Of a stretch of 64,000 nt of DNA, positions 41,051 through 51,247 are shown one piece after another (the first letter of the stretch is position 1; each line of letters opens with the position of its first letter). The notes beneath the pieces are model-generated. The model did not search any database. It saw only the letters and a list, made by a program, of their open reading frames with translations, and had not been told where the DNA came from. Source of the DNA: an uncultured delta proteobacterium (GTDB taxonomy: Bacteria; Desulfobacterota; Binatia; UBA9968); assembly GCA_963804165.1 (NCBI GenBank), contig CAWDPO010000008.1, positions 32,001-96,000 on the forward strand. The letters are read 5' to 3'. Made by a program: the position numbers and the translations under genes.

Positions 41051-42250
41051 ATGGACAATTTGGATAACGTTCTCGTCATCGACGCCGACGGCCATGTTTA
41101 CGAAGGCAACGTCGATTTATCGCCTCGCATGCCTGAAAAGTGGCGCTCCCAGGCGCCGGTGCGATTAAAAGACAACGAAGGCAATTCGCGAATCCTGTTG
41201 GAAGGCCGCTTGTGGTCTGCTTCGCAAGGGCTTGCTCCCGGTGTGTCAGGTCCCATGACGGAAAAAGCGCGCGGCTATCGCGCCGGCATGGTCGATCCTG
41301 TCGCTCGGCTCAAAGACATGGACGAGGAAGGCATCGACGTCGCAATTTTGTTCGGTACCCAGATCGCGCTCACGGTCAACGGTTTAATGCACAAGGAATT
41401 GGCCGCTGTGCTGTGCCGCGCGGTGAACGAGTGGCTGGTTGAATACTGTTCCGCGGATCCCAAGCGTCTGCTCGCGGTCGGCTTGGTTCCCTGCCAAGAT
41501 CCGCCGGCAGCGGTTAAAGAATTGGAGTATCTCAAGAAGGTTGGCGCGATTACGGCGATGCTGCCGACCAACGTTTACGGCTTGAATAACATGGGCGATC
41601 GCATGTTCGACCCGATTTATGAATGCGCTCAGGCGATCGAAATGCCGCTGAGCGTACATCCGCAAACCGGCCACGACGGGGTGCTCGGTGTCTCGGGCGT
41701 CATGGGCGCCGGCAGCGAGCGCTTTCGTAAATACGCCTACGTCCACATGACCGCGTTTCCATTCGAATTGATGATTGCCATGATGCACATGATCGGCGAA
41801 GGCGTGTTCGATCGCTACCCGGGATTGCGCGTCGGCTTCATGGAAGGCGGCGCCGGTTGGTTGCCATTTTGGGCCGAGCGATTCGACGAGCATATCGAAA
41901 AGCTCGCGCCGCAGATGCCCGAGCTGCAACGTCGGCCGAGCGACATCATCCGTGGCGAACAGATCACGTTAACCTGTGAATCAGAAGAAACCGGCCTCGA
42001 CCGCGTATTCGCAGCCAATGGCGAGAACACCGTGATGTATGCTTCGGACTATTGCCACTGGGATTGCCACTTCCCTTATTCGGTCAAAGACGTTGTCGAC
42101 GGCAAAGAGCTTTCCTTCGCCCAGAAGGAAAAGTTGCTGAACAAGACGGCCATCGAATTCTTTAAGCTCAAGAATCTGCCCCAAGCTAACGCGCTTAAGT
42201 TCGCGCGCCGGAGCTGGGAAAACGGCAAGGCGAAAGCAGCCAACGAGTAA
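41051..42250 (+). CDS. Amidohydrolase_2 family protein
   Basis: IDADGHVYE, DMDEEGID and ASDYCHWD motifs; GGAGG RBS. Confidence 0.9.
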   Translation: MDNLDNVLVIDADGHVYEGNVDLSPRMPEKWRSQAPVRLKDNEGNSRILLEGRLWSASQGLAPGVSGPMTEKARGYRAGMVDPVARLKDMDEEGIDVAILFGTQIALTVNGLMHKELAAVLCRAVNEWLVEYCSADPKRLLAVGLVPCQDPPAAVKELEYLKKVGAITAMLPTNVYGLNNMGDRMFDPIYECAQAIEMPLSVHPQTGHDGVLGVSGVMGAGSERFRKYAYVHMTAFPFELMIAMMHMIGEGVFDRYPGLRVGFMEGGAGWLPFWAERFDEHIEKLAPQMPELQRRPSDIIRGEQITLTCESEETGLDRVFAANGENTVMYASDYCHWDCHFPYSVKDVVDGKELSFAQKEKLLNKTAIEFFKLKNLPQANALKFARRSWENGKAKAANE

Positions 42251-42261
42251 GGAGCGAAAGA

Positions 42262-43197
42262 ATGAAGCTGGGAATACTCGCCTTCATCTTCTTTATTTGC
42301 TCCGTTTCTGCACAGGCCGCGGAGACTCCGTACAAAATAAGAATAGGCTTTCCCTCCCTGGCATTTTCCTACATGCCATTCTACGTGGCGCAGGAAAAAG
42401 GCATCTATAAAAAATATGGCATCGAGTCTGAATATATTCAGATGGGCACCACGATTCAGCCCCAGGCTGTGGTTGGCGGTAACATCAATTACTTCACCTC
42501 GGTCTCGACCGGAATTTCCGCCGCGGTGGCCGGACTGCCTTTAGTCATCGTCATCAACTTTTGCGACAGTTCGCCATGGGTGTTGGTCACGCACAAGGAC
42601 ATCAACAAGCCGCAAGATCTGATCGGTAAAACCGTCGCACTCTCCGGGATTCGGACGTCGCCATACTATTTCTTTCAGGCATTTTTAAAAAAATCCGAAA
42701 TCAACGAGAAGGACGTGAGCACCATCAGTACAGGCGGTACGGCGGATAGTTTTCGCGCGTTGACAACCAACCGTGTTGTCGGCACCGTCTTGACGCCGCC
42801 GTTCGACGACAAGGCGGTGTCGTTGGGTTATAAGAAATTCATGCAGCTCGGCGATCTGGCAGACATCCCTTACGTTGGATTGGTAACGTCGCAAAATGAA
42901 ATCAAAAACAATCGCGAGTCGGTGCGCCGAACGGTGATGGCAGTTACGGAATCGTTGGCCTGGCTGCGCGCCAACCGCGCTGAGAGCGCGAAGATGATCG
43001 TCGACAAGTTCAAAGTGAACCAATTGGAAGCGGAAAATACTTACGCAACGTTAATCCGGCTCTTGAATAAAGACAGCCGGCTCAATCCCAAGGTCGCGCG
43101 CGGTTATCTCGATATTCTCCGTCAGGAACGATCGATCCCGGCAGATTTCGATCTGGCAAAAATCGTCGACTTCTCGTTCCTGCCGGGAAATCGGTAA
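42262..43197 (+). CDS. NitT/TauT-family ABC substrate-binding protein
   Basis: Signal peptide, PFYVAQEKG and DLIGKTVA motifs. Confidence 0.85.
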   Translation: MKLGILAFIFFICSVSAQAAETPYKIRIGFPSLAFSYMPFYVAQEKGIYKKYGIESEYIQMGTTIQPQAVVGGNINYFTSVSTGISAAVAGLPLVIVINFCDSSPWVLVTHKDINKPQDLIGKTVALSGIRTSPYYFFQAFLKKSEINEKDVSTISTGGTADSFRALTTNRVVGTVLTPPFDDKAVSLGYKKFMQLGDLADIPYVGLVTSQNEIKNNRESVRRTVMAVTESLAWLRANRAESAKMIVDKFKVNQLEAENTYATLIRLLNKDSRLNPKVARGYLDILRQERSIPADFDLAKIVDFSFLPGNR

Positions 43198-43207
43198 GCA
43201 CCAGCCC

Positions 43208-43867
43208 GTGGAGCGAATGAGATTCCTGTTGATTGTTAAATTTCTGGTCGTTTTAGTTTTATTTTTCGTATCGGCCGGGAGCAGTCATTCGCAGACGCGT
43301 CGGCACATCAAAGTGGTTTTGGAAACCAAACAGTCCGGCACGAGTAACCAGGAGATCGTGCAAGGGTCTGGCGGCGTCGTCATTCGCCGCGGCACGGTAA
43401 ACCCTTCCGGGAGAATTGTCGCGAACGACCGCCAGATAACCGTACGGCGCTCGAGCGGTATCTTCACTCTGGTGCTCGACGGCAGCGAATCTATTCTCAC
43501 CGTGGCGACGCGGGTGCCCCAGAGCCAAACCGGCTATTTTTACAATTACGCCCTCGGCGTGGGCTACATCGAACAACGAATCGTCTTCAATGACGTCGGC
43601 ACTTCGCTTCGGGTAAACGCTGCGACGCTGGCGGACGGACAGATAAAATTACGCCTGACGCCTCGAATCAGCTACTTCTCAACGGAACGTCCCGGCGCCA
43701 TCGATTTCACCGAAGCCGCGACCGAACTGATCGTGCCCAACGGCCAAGCGGTCTCGTTGGGGGGTGCGACGACCAAGCTGCACGAGATTACGCGCCAAAT
43801 CCTCGGCTACCGCGAGCGCGCGAGCAGCGATGAAATCAGCCTTGTCGTAACAGCGACCTTGCAATAA
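43208..43867 (+). CDS. Short exported protein resembling the secretin (type II/III secretion) C-terminal beta region
   Basis: Signal peptide; DVGTSLRV...IKLRLTP...TELIVPNGQAVSLGG pattern. Confidence 0.5.
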   Translation: MERMRFLLIVKFLVVLVLFFVSAGSSHSQTRRHIKVVLETKQSGTSNQEIVQGSGGVVIRRGTVNPSGRIVANDRQITVRRSSGIFTLVLDGSESILTVATRVPQSQTGYFYNYALGVGYIEQRIVFNDVGTSLRVNAATLADGQIKLRLTPRISYFSTERPGAIDFTEAATELIVPNGQAVSLGGATTKLHEITRQILGYRERASSDEISLVVTATLQ

Positions 43868-43913
43868 TTGCGAGCTTTCGCTTACAGATTCTCCGCCAGT
43901 TGCCGCCCAACCG

Positions 43914-44994
43914 ATGACGAATAAAAAACAATTATTCTTGTCCCCGTGGTTTTACTGTTCGCTGGCATCGCTTTTGCCCAATCGAAGGAGGAAAAACTGC
44001 GGGTCGCGACTCGGCTGATTCGACCTTTCGTCTATGAACAACAGGGGCAGCTCACCGGCTTCAGCGTCGAGCTCTGGCAGGAAATTGCCAAGCAATTGAA
44101 CGCGCAGTCCGAATTTATCGTCAAGCCGACGGTCAAAGAATTGCTCGATGCAGTCAAGTCGAAGAACGTGGCTCTCGGCATCGCGGCGATTTCGATCACA
44201 GCCGATCGGGAAGTGGAGTTGGACTTTTCCCAGCCGATGTTCGATGCCGGGTTGCAAATCCTGACTCCCGTTCAAGGGAGCCGTGGCGCCTTTGTCGAAG
44301 CGATCATGGCTAATTTATTGTCAACCACCGTCCTGCTCTATGTTTTGGGAGTAGCCCTTATTCTTCTCATGATGGCGCATTTGGTGTGGTTTTTTGAGCA
44401 GCGCAATTCCACCGGCATGCTGACTCATCGAGAGTATTTCCCGGGCATCTGCGAGGTGTGCTGGTGGGCCGCTTCGACGTGGCTACCCAGGCCGATCAAA
44501 TGCCGCGCGCGGCGATGGCGCGGATCGTCGCCGTCATCTGGATGTTCATGAGCGTCATCTTCATCGCGTACTTTACTGCGGCGGTCACTTCTTCTCTGAC
44601 TGTGCAACAATTGCGCGCTAATATTAACGGCCCCGAGGATCTTCCCGGCAAACGCGTCGCCAGCATAAAGGGCAGCACATCCGTGGAGTATTTGCGGCAG
44701 CATAGCTTTGAGCCAGTAGAACTTACCAGGATGGAAGAAGCGTATCAGGCGATTCAGGACGGCCACGTCGACGCCATAGTCTACGACGCGTCGGTGTTGC
44801 TCTTTTACGCGGCGCACGAGGGCAAGGGCAAAGTTCAAACGGTTGGGGCGATCTTTCGTAATGAAAATTACGGCATCGTTTTTCCGTCCAACAGCCCGTA
44901 CCGAAAACCGGTCAACGAAGCGTTACTGAAGCTCAAAGAAAACGGCGTTTACGATCAGCTGTATACGAAATGGTTCCGCAGCAACGGCTCATAA
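43914..44994 (+). CDS. Amino-acid-binding protein / ion-channel fusion (GluR0-like), frameshifted
   Basis: S1 (GFSVELW, SITADRE, DFSQP), TM, VWFFE, pore WWAAST, TM FTAAVTSSLT, S2 (INGPEDL, YGIVFP). Confidence 0.8.
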
Positions 44995-45000
44995 TTTTCG

Positions 45001-45058
45001 GTTCCAGGGTTCTAGTTCCTAATTCACCGGAAACTAGAGACTTGAAACTAGAAACTCT
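45001..45058. repeat. Intergenic heptamer repeat hairpin
   Basis: gttctagtt... facing aaactag-agacttg-aaactag-aaactct. Confidence 0.45.
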
Positions 45059-45114
45059 TGACAAAATCGCCTTGTCTTGATGACCTGAGTATCGACCTGA
45101 AGGAGGACATAGCC

Positions 45115-46209
45115 ATGTCGTTTAACGGCCATACGATTGTCGACGCCGACGGTCACGTGATCGAAGACTGTCAAGCAATCATCGACTACATGCCCCAGCC
45201 CTATCGCGATAAGTACGAGACCCATAGTTTTTTTAATCCGTTTCCGCCGCTCGATCACCTGCACTCGTCGAACTTGCATGATTTCCAGCCCGGGGCGTTT
45301 AATAAAGTGGGGCCCGATGGCTGGGTCGATTTTTTAGAAGACGTTGGCATCGAGATGACCGTTCTCTACACGACTCTCGGCCTCGCCTTCGGCAAGATCG
45401 TCAGCCGCGATTGGGCGATCGACGTGGCGCGTGCCTACAACGATTGGCTTTACAACACCTATATGAAGCGCAGCTCGCGATTTAAGGCAATGGGGTTGAT
45501 CGCGCTGCAAGAACCCACAGCCGCGGTGGAAGAACTTAGAAGGATCGTCAAAGAACTCGGCATGTGCGGGGCGATGCTGCCGTCGACCGGCATCCAAGCC
45601 AATCTCGGCGATCAGCGCTATTGGCCGATTTATGAGGAGGCGAACCGGCTTGGCTGCGCCATAGCGGTGCACGGCGGCGCTCATGAAAATCTCGGATTGG
45701 ACGATCTCACTCCTTACGCGCCGGTTCATTCTCTGGGACATCCTTTCGGCCAGATGATCTCGTTCGGCGGCATGATATTTAACGGAATTTTTGAAAAATT
45801 TCCCAACGTCAAATTTGGCTTTATGGAAGGCGGCGTCGCGTGGTTTCTCGTCTGCCTGGAACGCTTCGATCGTTCATGGGAAACCCATATTCAGCATGAT
45901 CCGCGCAAGCGTTTTCTCGAGCTCCGACCCAAGGAAAAAGTCAGCGAATATATCGCCCGCCACATCGACGCCGGGCGGATCTTCGTCGGGTGCGAAGGCG
46001 AAGAACCGGACATCGCGCACGCGATTAAGAGAATCGGCAACAAACCCTGGGTCTACTCGAGCGACTACCCGCACGAAGTCAATAACGAGTTTTGCAAGCA
46101 CGAGATCAACGAATTTCTCGAAAACCAAGAGATCAGCAGCGCCGACAAGGCGGCGTTTCTACACGGCAACGCGCGGCGGTTTTACAATCTCGGAGCGGCG
46201 GGACTATGA
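45115..46209 (+). CDS. Amidohydrolase_2 family protein
   Basis: VDADGHVIE, AYNDWL and SSDYPHE motifs; AAGGAGG RBS. Confidence 0.9.
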   Translation: MSFNGHTIVDADGHVIEDCQAIIDYMPQPYRDKYETHSFFNPFPPLDHLHSSNLHDFQPGAFNKVGPDGWVDFLEDVGIEMTVLYTTLGLAFGKIVSRDWAIDVARAYNDWLYNTYMKRSSRFKAMGLIALQEPTAAVEELRRIVKELGMCGAMLPSTGIQANLGDQRYWPIYEEANRLGCAIAVHGGAHENLGLDDLTPYAPVHSLGHPFGQMISFGGMIFNGIFEKFPNVKFGFMEGGVAWFLVCLERFDRSWETHIQHDPRKRFLELRPKEKVSEYIARHIDAGRIFVGCEGEEPDIAHAIKRIGNKPWVYSSDYPHEVNNEFCKHEINEFLENQEISSADKAAFLHGNARRFYNLGAAGL

Positions 46210-46907
46210 GTACACCCGTCAGCATCGGCTTGATCATTCCTTCTGGGAACCGGCTCACTGAGCCGCAATTCAACGCCTATCTTCCGCCTAGCATTGGCGT
46301 TCATGTGACGCGGCTGCGCATGACCGGAAAATTTCGCAAGCCGCTCGGCGAGCTCAAACGTCCGCTCACCGAAGCCGCCGAGGCGCTCTCGGACATCGAT
46401 CCCGGCGTCATCGTTTTTCACTGCACGGCAAATTCCATGGAGAGCGGCCTGGCGCACGAAAAGGCGCTGGTCGACATCATTGAACAGGCGAGCGGCTGCC
46501 CGACGATCACGACGGCGCAAGCGCTCACGCAGGCGTTTGGTCAATCTGGCATCAAAAAGCTGGTCCTCATCAGCCCCTACGTCAAAGCCACTAACCAGCT
46601 CGAAGTCAACTATCTCACCGAGACGGGTTTTACCGTGCTCCACGAGCTGGGGCTTGGTCTGGAGCCCCATGCCTACTCGACCGTAACGCCGCAAGAGTGG
46701 AAGAGCATCGTGAAAGAAAACGCCCGCACCGATGCTGACGGCTATTTTCTAAGCTGCACCAACACGCGCATGATCGAAGCGATTGAAGATCTGGAAAAAG
46801 AGCTCGATAAGCCGGTCATCAACAGCAATCAAGCGACGATTTGGGCTTGCTTGAAAAAACTTGGCATTCCGCACACAAACAAAAAACTCGGACGTCTCTT
46901 TCAGTAG
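46206..46907 (+). CDS. Maleate cis-trans isomerase / arylmalonate decarboxylase family (Asp/Glu racemase fold)
   Basis: IGLIIPSGN, FHCTA, LSCTN and SNQA motifs; ATGA overlap with the upstream gene. Confidence 0.85.
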   Translation: MSTPVSIGLIIPSGNRLTEPQFNAYLPPSIGVHVTRLRMTGKFRKPLGELKRPLTEAAEALSDIDPGVIVFHCTANSMESGLAHEKALVDIIEQASGCPTITTAQALTQAFGQSGIKKLVLISPYVKATNQLEVNYLTETGFTVLHELGLGLEPHAYSTVTPQEWKSIVKENARTDADGYFLSCTNTRMIEAIEDLEKELDKPVINSNQATIWACLKKLGIPHTNKKLGRLFQ

Positions 46908-46992
46908 TGCGATTGCACACACCGGATGCGCGCGATTTAAGGCGTTTCGTCGTCGGGATTTTACGGCGGCAGAATTCGCCCTCTCGTCTCAG

Positions 46993-49272
46993 TCAGCCAT
47001 CCATTTCCTGCGTCGAAAGTTTACTCGGCCGCGCCATGCCGGCAAGCTTTTCCATCAACCCGGTGTTGCGCTTCTCGACGCGAAAATTGCGGATCGCCAT
47101 GGCCAGGGCTTTGCGGCTGCCGACGATGACGACCAGCTTTTTGCCGCGGGTGACGGCAGTGTAAAGAATGCTCCGATGCAGCAGCAAATAGTGCGACGTG
47201 TGCAACGGGATGACGACGACCGGGTACTCGCTACCCTGGCTCTTGTGCACGGAAGTGGCGTACGCCAAACCAATTTCGTCGAGCTCGTCGGACTCGTATT
47301 CGACGACCTTGTCTAAAAAATCGACTTTCACATTACCGACTTCCCGATCGATACCGACAATGCGACCCAGGTCGCCGTTGAAAACGCCTTTGTCGTAGTT
47401 GTTGCGCAGCTGCATGACCTTATCGCCCCAGCGCAATGCGGATCCGGCGCGCTCCAAAGCGGCGCCCGACGGATTGAGCAGAGCCTGAAGCTCGCGGTTG
47501 AGATTGATCGTTCCTAACAAGCCGCGATGCATCGGCGTCAGCACTTGGATCGCCTGGCCAACTTCATCCGAGTCCAATTGCAGCGAGCGCGGGATTTCCT
47601 CCCGCAATAACATCTTTACCGTTTCCAGGATTTCGTCTTCGGACTCCCGCGCCAGAAACGCAAAATCGCTGCCGCCCTCGTCGCGCAGCCAAAGTGACTG
47701 TCCCTGCAGGATTCGATGCGCATTGACGACAATCAGACTCTGGCGATCTTGGCGGAAGATTCGTCGCAACACAACTTTTGGCACCACGCCGGAATCGATC
47801 AAATCGCGCAACACGCTGCCCGGCCCCACCGATGGCAGCTGATCGACATCGCCGACGAGAATAAGATGGCTGTGCGGATCGACGGCGCGGAGCAAATGAT
47901 CCATCAACGGCAAATCGACCATCGAGGTCTCGTCGATAATGATAAAATCGACTTGCAGCGGATTGTCCTCGCTTCTTTGAAAGCCGCCTTCGCGCGGATT
48001 GTATTCCAGTAGTCGATGAATCGTCATCGCTTCTTCGCCGGCGCTCTCGGTCATGCGCTTTGCCGCCCGTCCCGTCGGCGCCGCCAGCGCGAACTTGACC
48101 TTGGCGCGCCGTAAGATCGTCAGCAGCGCGGTGAGCAGTGTAGTTTTGCCCGTGCCCGGTCCGCCCGTGATAACAAGCACCTTCTCGCGCAGCGCCTGCT
48201 CGGTGGCGCGCATTTGGTCTTCATCCAAAGTTACTGAGGCGGGTCCGAACAACTCAGGACTAACCAAATCGATTGCGCCCCGAGACGATTGGCCGAGCCG
48301 GCTTCGGGGACCGAAAATTGTTTCACCCTGCAGGTGCGATGGCGTCGACAAAAGACCTTGAAACGCCGCAGCGACACGGCGCTCGGCGTAATAAAGCTCC
48401 GCCAAATAGACTTGGGATTCGAGACTCTCGGGACTGTCGTGGAGAACCAATTCGGTTCGTGCGGCAAGTCTGGCCACCGCCGCGTCCACCGGATCTTCGT
48501 CGATATTCAAGAGCGCGGCCGCGTTTCGTTTGAGCGATGCGAGTGGCACGTAGCAATGGCCGCGATCCGCCATTTCGCGCAGCACGTGCAATACTCCGGC
48601 TTGCACGCGCAGCGGAAAGTCGCCGCGAATACCGATTTGATTGGCCAATCGGTCTGCCAAGAGAAAGCCGATGCCATGCACCTGCTGCGCCAGCGCGTAG
48701 GGATTTTCTCGAACTCGAGTAATCGTGTCGGCGCCGAAAACCCGATAGATTCGCAGTGCTAATGAGGCTCCGACGCCGTGCCCCTGTAGAAAAACCATGA
48801 CGTCCTGAATGCCGCGCTGTTCTTGCCACGCCTGTAGGATGCGGCGCGCGCGAACTTCGCCGATGCCGTCGACTTCCAGGACGCGGAGCGGCTGTTCCGA
48901 CAAAATTTTCAGTGTGTCCAATCCAAATGCCGCCACCAACCGTTTCGCGTACGTCGGTCCGATCCCTTTGATCAAACCGGAGCCGAGATATTTCTCGATG
49001 CCTTCGATCGTCGCGGGGTCGATCTTCTCCCAATGATCAACTTGAAATTGCAAGCCGTAACGCGGATGGCGCTTCCAGGCGCCGGTGACTTTGATCTCTT
49101 CGCCTTCCGTGACCGGGAAAAGCGTGCCGACGATGGTTGTGCCCGGACCGCCGTCGTCATCCAGACGCGCCACGGTGTAGTGCGTCTCCGGATGTTGATA
49201 GGTGATCCGGCCGATTGTGCCTTGGATCGATGTCGTCTCGTTCTGTTTTTCCGCCAATGGAATCTCCGGCAC
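46993..49272 (-). CDS. recD2: ATP-dependent RecD2-like DNA helicase
   Basis: N-terminal OB/HhH region, GGPGTGKT, APTGRAA, DETSM and HKSQGSEY motifs. Confidence 0.93.
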   Translation of the reverse strand: MPEIPLAEKQNETTSIQGTIGRITYQHPETHYTVARLDDDGGPGTTIVGTLFPVTEGEEIKVTGAWKRHPRYGLQFQVDHWEKIDPATIEGIEKYLGSGLIKGIGPTYAKRLVAAFGLDTLKILSEQPLRVLEVDGIGEVRARRILQAWQEQRGIQDVMVFLQGHGVGASLALRIYRVFGADTITRVRENPYALAQQVHGIGFLLADRLANQIGIRGDFPLRVQAGVLHVLREMADRGHCYVPLASLKRNAAALLNIDEDPVDAAVARLAARTELVLHDSPESLESQVYLAELYYAERRVAAAFQGLLSTPSHLQGETIFGPRSRLGQSSRGAIDLVSPELFGPASVTLDEDQMRATEQALREKVLVITGGPGTGKTTLLTALLTILRRAKVKFALAAPTGRAAKRMTESAGEEAMTIHRLLEYNPREGGFQRSEDNPLQVDFIIIDETSMVDLPLMDHLLRAVDPHSHLILVGDVDQLPSVGPGSVLRDLIDSGVVPKVVLRRIFRQDRQSLIVVNAHRILQGQSLWLRDEGGSDFAFLARESEDEILETVKMLLREEIPRSLQLDSDEVGQAIQVLTPMHRGLLGTINLNRELQALLNPSGAALERAGSALRWGDKVMQLRNNYDKGVFNGDLGRIVGIDREVGNVKVDFLDKVVEYESDELDEIGLAYATSVHKSQGSEYPVVVIPLHTSHYLLLHRSILYTAVTRGKKLVVIVGSRKALAMAIRNFRVEKRNTGLMEKLAGMARPSKLSTQEMDG

Positions 49273-49476
49273 TTTATCCTACGCGAAAGCATGGAAGCCG
49301 TAAACGACGTCCCCTTGCCTTTTACCAGTAGGCGGTTAGAATTCCAGCCAAGATTGTCAATGCCCGGACCTGCTTCCAAGTATTGGCCCGCTCTCGCTTA
49401 ATCCTTTGCTAAACGCGCAAAACACTCCCGCCGTTTCGCCGCTTTACAGACTGGCGAAAATTAGGAGAATTCAACG

Positions 49477-50790
49477 ATGACGATAGAGTTTTTTTGGCTT
49501 GAGGCGATCTGGATCATGGCTTTGATTATGGCGAACGGGTTTTTTGCCGCCTCCGAGATCGCCATGATCGCCATGCGCAAAAGCCGTATCGACGCTTTAG
49601 TCGAGAGAGGCGTCAAAGCCGCAGCCATCGTCGCACGGCTAAAGGAAGATCCCGACCGTTTCCTCGCCACCGTGCAGATCGGTGTCACCGTGGTCAGCTC
49701 CTTCGCTTCCGCCATCGGCGGCGCGGCGGCCATCGGCTACTTAAAGCCGCGGTTTGCCGCTTCGCCTTTGCCCCTCGTCGCGCAGTGGGCTGAAGTCTTG
49801 GCGCTCCTCGTCGTGGTCTTGCCGATCTCTTACTTATCGCTCGTCTTGGGCGAACTGGTACCGAAATCCCTCGCCCTGCGGTATTCCGAGCAGATCGCCT
49901 GTTTTGTCGCCCGGCCCATCGAATTCCTCGCGCGCATCAGTGCAATTTTTGTGAAAGTATTGACTGCCTCGAGCAACTTGGTTCTCAGACTCTTCGGCGG
50001 CAGCGAAAACGAGAGTGCTAGTTTCATCTCCGTCGACGAAGTCAAATCGTTGATTCGCGAGGGCGCCGCCAAAGGAATATTCAACGAGACCGAAGAACAA
50101 CTGATCCACAGTGTGTTCGAATTCACCGACACGCCGGTGAAAGCGGTGATGATCCCGCGCACCGAGATCCATGCCGTCGAAGCGCACGTCTCGTTCGCCG
50201 ACGTGGCGCAGAGTTTCGTCGAAAGCGGCTTCTCGCGCATACCGGTTTACGAGGGCGAATTGGACAGGATCATCGGCATACTCTACAACAAGGATGTTTT
50301 GAAAGCTTTGCAGGAAAAGAGTGAATTTCGCATTCGCGATCATCTCCACCCGGCGTTTTTTGTGCCCAGCACGCTGCCGGTCAGCGAATTATTGAAGCAG
50401 CTCCAGCGCCGGCGCCTCGCCATGGCCTTGGTGGTCAACGAATTCGGCGAAGTCGAAGGGCTCGCCACGTTGGAAGATTTAGTCGAAGAAATCGTCGGCG
50501 AGATTCGCGATGAGTACGATCGTGAAGAGCGCGGTCCGGTGGAACGGTTGCCGGACGGCTCGTTGGTGATCCAGGGCTCCGCCTTACTCAAAGACCTGAA
50601 GACCGACTTCGGCCTGCCATTCGAAGAGTCGCCGGATTACCACACACTGGCGGGTTTCATGCTTGCCAAGCTCAAGCGCATTCCGCGCGGCGGGGAGTGG
50701 GTCGAAGAAAATGGTTATAAGCTCACCATCGTCGACATGGAAGGACGACGCATCGTAAAAATAAAATTAGAGCGAATCGCGAGCGCGTGA
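49477..50790 (+). CDS. Hemolysin-family CNNM/CBS/CorC domain protein
   Basis: NGFFAASE, GELVPK, SRIPVY, VVNEFG and LEDLVEEIVGEIRDEYD motifs. Confidence 0.92.
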   Translation: MTIEFFWLEAIWIMALIMANGFFAASEIAMIAMRKSRIDALVERGVKAAAIVARLKEDPDRFLATVQIGVTVVSSFASAIGGAAAIGYLKPRFAASPLPLVAQWAEVLALLVVVLPISYLSLVLGELVPKSLALRYSEQIACFVARPIEFLARISAIFVKVLTASSNLVLRLFGGSENESASFISVDEVKSLIREGAAKGIFNETEEQLIHSVFEFTDTPVKAVMIPRTEIHAVEAHVSFADVAQSFVESGFSRIPVYEGELDRIIGILYNKDVLKALQEKSEFRIRDHLHPAFFVPSTLPVSELLKQLQRRRLAMALVVNEFGEVEGLATLEDLVEEIVGEIRDEYDREERGPVERLPDGSLVIQGSALLKDLKTDFGLPFEESPDYHTLAGFMLAKLKRIPRGGEWVEENGYKLTIVDMEGRRIVKIKLERIASA

Positions 50791-50809
50791 TCAATGCACC
50801 GCCGTAGCG

Positions 50810-51223
50810 TCAATAGCAGCGGATCTCGATCTCGTTGCCGTCCGGATCGAGAAAGTACACTGACGTCGCCCGTCCCCGCGCGCCCCAGCGCGAGACCGGC
50901 CCTTGGCGAATGGCGATTTGGTTGTCCTTTAGGCCCTCGATCACTCCGGCGAAGTTTTCCGCGTCGACAACTAAACAAAAATGATTTAAATTGCCGTTGA
51001 ATTTCTCGTCGGCGCGCGGATGCGAACTTTCTTTGCTTGGAAACAAATCGATGATCGTCGCATCGTTGATACGCACCGACGGAAACCCGACCTTGCCGGC
51101 TGTAAACTCCTCGACGCGTTCGCCGGCTAAACCCAAAACGTCGGTGTAGAATTTTAGCGAGCGGTGAATATCGCCGACGTTGAGGACGATATGGTCCAGC
51201 TCCGTAATTTTGATCCGCGCCAT
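50810..51223 (-). CDS. VOC/glyoxalase family protein
   Basis: LDHIVLNV, NHFCL and YFLDPDGNEIE motifs. Confidence 0.88.
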   Translation of the reverse strand: MARIKITELDHIVLNVGDIHRSLKFYTDVLGLAGERVEEFTAGKVGFPSVRINDATIIDLFPSKESSHPRADEKFNGNLNHFCLVVDAENFAGVIEGLKDNQIAIRQGPVSRWGARGRATSVYFLDPDGNEIEIRCY

Positions 51224-51247
51224 AACCGAACTCCTTTCCCGCGACAA

